From assembly GCF_000143415.4 (NCBI RefSeq), contig NW_003314261.1, positions 4,752,691-4,816,690 of the forward strand: a stretch of 64,000 nt of DNA, read 5' to 3'. Positions 61,478 through 64,000 of the stretch are shown piece by piece. The notes beneath the pieces were generated by a model. The model did not search any database. It was given only the letters and a program-made list of their open reading frames with translations, and had not been told where the DNA came from. A program made the translations under genes and the position numbers. The DNA comes from Selaginella moellendorffii (taxonomy: Eukaryota > Plantae > Lycopodiophyta). The stretch's first letter is position 1, and each line of letters opens with the position of its first letter.

Positions 61478-62739
61478 TTAGAGCAAGCCTTTCTCTTGCA
61501 GGCTAGCAACCGTGTCCACCAGCATCTTCTCGTAGGGGATGAACTCCTTGATGAGGGACAGGATCTTCTTGTTTGAGATCTTCTCGAATGAGATGCCTTG
61601 AGTGGTCTCACCTTCACACCTGCAAAATCGAACGAAAAATATGTTTCATACACGAACGACCAGAAAGAATGGCTTACTTGTCTGGGTACGAGTATTGTGG
61701 GAATTTCGCCTTGAGAGTCTCGATCATTTCCTTGCAAAGCTTGGAGCACGCTACACAGAAGTAGCGGCCAGAGGCGTTGGGATCCTCGTAGCCGGCAATG
61801 TGCGCCTCCGCAACATCTCGCACGTCCACAAGTGCATAGTATGTGTTGGGATAGCTGGTTTTCGAGCCTGCACGAGAACAAAGTTCCCTTCTATCTTAAA
61901 TCGAAAAAGAGCGAACTAAAACTGTGCGTTTGCACACCATTCAGCAGATTTGCCACGATTCCAACACTGGTGTTTATCTTGGATTGCAAGATGGGGCCGA
62001 GCACGAACACAGGGCATATCACAATAACATGGATCCCAAACTCGTCGCCAAGTTTGCTCACGAGCTTCTCCGACTCGGTTTTAGCAAGCATGTACCAGTA
62101 CTGGAACAAAAATCGTAACAAGTTGAGAACTCTTTCCAGCTTCTGTTACCTGGTTCTTTCGGCAGGATTCAGGATCAGACCAGCAGCTCTCATCGATTAT
62201 TTGATCTTGAGGATGGTTTGGATTGTAAGCTATGGCAGCTCCAGAGGAGGTGAACACAACACGCTTGATATTCTCCTTGTGGCAAGCTTCCATTACATTT
62301 CGAGTACCATCCATGGCGGGTTTTAACACGTCCTATTGGCAACAGTATGATCAGTGAGAATGAAAAAAAAACTCCAAGAAAGAAGAAAAACTCACGTCTG
62401 GATCCTCAAACTTTGGAGCAACGGGACAAGCGGTGTGGAAGACAACATCGCAGCCACGAACAGCGCGCACAAGCGAGTCATAGTCGAGAACATCAGCTTT
62501 ACACAGCGATAATCTCTCGCCGGCGCCAGGGAGCTTCTTCAAATGCCCATACTTCTCATCGTCATCTAGAACCAAAACCAATCAAGCCAAAATGTGGCCA
62601 AGAACCGATCAATCCATCGCTCACCTGGATCTCGAACGGTGCCGTGCACCGTGTAGCCCCGATCCAGCAGCTTGGCGACGATCCACGACGCAATGAAGCC
62701 GCCGGCGCCAATCACGCAAGCTCTCTTCCCTCCCTCCAT
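61478..62739 (-). CDS. Cinnamoyl-CoA reductase-like SDR, multi-exon
   Basis: [49 protein letters not shown], catalytic [29 protein letters not shown]; ends LQEKGLL*. Confidence 0.92.
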
Positions 62740-64000
62740 AATTGCAATGAAGCCCTAGTCAGTACTCTCATGAAGATATTTCCTCTCAGTCTTAGAAAAA
62801 ATGGAATTTGGAAGCTCCATCAAACTTGATATACACGAGCTTCTCGACTTTCAAAAGGACCAGGAAAAAAGCATGTCCCACCGAACCCGTGTAACACGAC
62901 CGTCCAGATGTGAATTAAATGTAGTAGTAGACATTATGAACTTACTCACTATGTATCATGTCATGACCATGCCATGGGCATTACATGGGTATATTTATTT
63001 TTCTGCTTTGATTTGACTTTTTAGGACATTAGGAAAAAATTAAATGTTGCAGAAAACTTAATATCTATTACAAGTTCATTAGGGTAGGGTTTTATGAATA
63101 TCAGTTTCCCTAGTTGTAATGTGAAATGGTTATAATGATAACATTTTAAATTTTCCACACTGTGATCGTTTATGGGTTGATTTTCCTTCCAAGGATATTA
63201 ATCCAAGAAAAGGTAAAGATTGAATCTCTTGTCTAGGCTTTAATATGCTTATTTTTGGTGTGGTTAAGATTGTTTAGTTCAGTGCATATTATAAAAAACC
63301 CAAAAGCCCCATATAAACAATTATGAAAGAGTAGGTTGTGTTAATTGATTATGCTATGGAAAAATCTTGGTTGTTACATTGCAAAAAGAAGCATTTAATA
63401 GGGGAAAAGCCAAATTTTTCATTTATGCAAGTTTGTTACCCTTATAAAATATTTTTTTTCTCAACAATTTTTATTTATAGATTGACAATCAAATTGAAAG
63501 TGAGATTGAAAATGATATTTCAATTGAACAAGACCAAAGTGTTGATCAAGAAAGAAGTGCTAATGTTAATAATATAAGTGAGGTAAAGTGTATAAAGGTT
63601 TCAAAATTTAGATGGCTTCATTTTCCTTTTTACTTTCCAGATTGACTCTAATCTAAACCTTATAGCTGTTGAATCTCTCTAGATCCTTCCACAAACCTAA
63701 AAAGGTATTGCTAAGTTTTATATTGATCTTGTTCGCATGGGGTAGATCCACAATTAATATCCTTTATTTTAACTTAATAGCTTAAATGTCATCTTATATC
63801 TTAACATAGACTTCATTTAACATTGTTTTGCATGCAAGAGTTGGATATGGGAAGTTGGTGTTTGTATATAACATACCTAAATTTAGAGCCAAACTCCACA
63901 CCTATTACATTACTAAATGGGGGTCTGCTACACTCTCAATTTTACGAGCACTAGCTCCCTATACCCAACACTTGTATACAAAACAATATCAAATGGCATC

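Noticed and set aside
15310-62739. Biosynthetic gene cluster of epoxide hydrolase, CYP703, SABATH, 2OG oxygenase and CCR-like
   Set aside because: The genes are spread over 47 kb among housekeeping genes, the oxygenase is broken, there is no scaffold-forming enzyme, and there is no co-expression evidence.
63000-64000. AT-rich stretch, probably another retroelement remnant
   Set aside because: Too degraded to identify; noted only for its composition.

Overview
This is gene-dense land-plant nuclear DNA. Many 44-90 nt introns, tiny intergenic gaps and PLS-class PPR genes suggest a lycophyte such as Selaginella (inference). From 1 to ~48.9 kb lie about 20 intact genes: a ULP SUMO protease (partial), a WDR20-like WD40, an unknown coiled-coil protein, SF1, GDU-like, MED33, epoxide hydrolase, a SNAP33-like SNARE, a SUO-like TFIIS-N protein, an ATP6AP2/PMP-like protein, MAPR4, DUF212, CYP703, Lhcb, NOA1, beta-carbonic anhydrase, RUS3, p24-delta, an LPE1-like PPR and a SABATH methyltransferase. 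Deletion-riddled local duplicates are interspersed. From ~48.9 to 61 kb is a rearranged accessory zone. It holds a PLS-PPR whose stop codon overlaps the ATG of a microbial-type 2OG-Fe(II) dioxygenase remnant, further copies of that oxygenase, a ferrochelatase pseudogene, a C-to-T-decayed 25S rRNA fragment, Ty3/gypsy remnants and fold-back hairpins. A CCR-like gene follows near the end. I cannot establish a complete novel system from sequence alone. The best leads are the PPR/2OG-oxygenase junction, a copied Lhcb promoter in front of CYP703, a possible GDU-MED33 dicistronic unit, ultra-compact bidirectional promoters and recurrent fold-back hairpins. Exon boundaries were read by eye and family calls rest on recalled motifs, not database searches.
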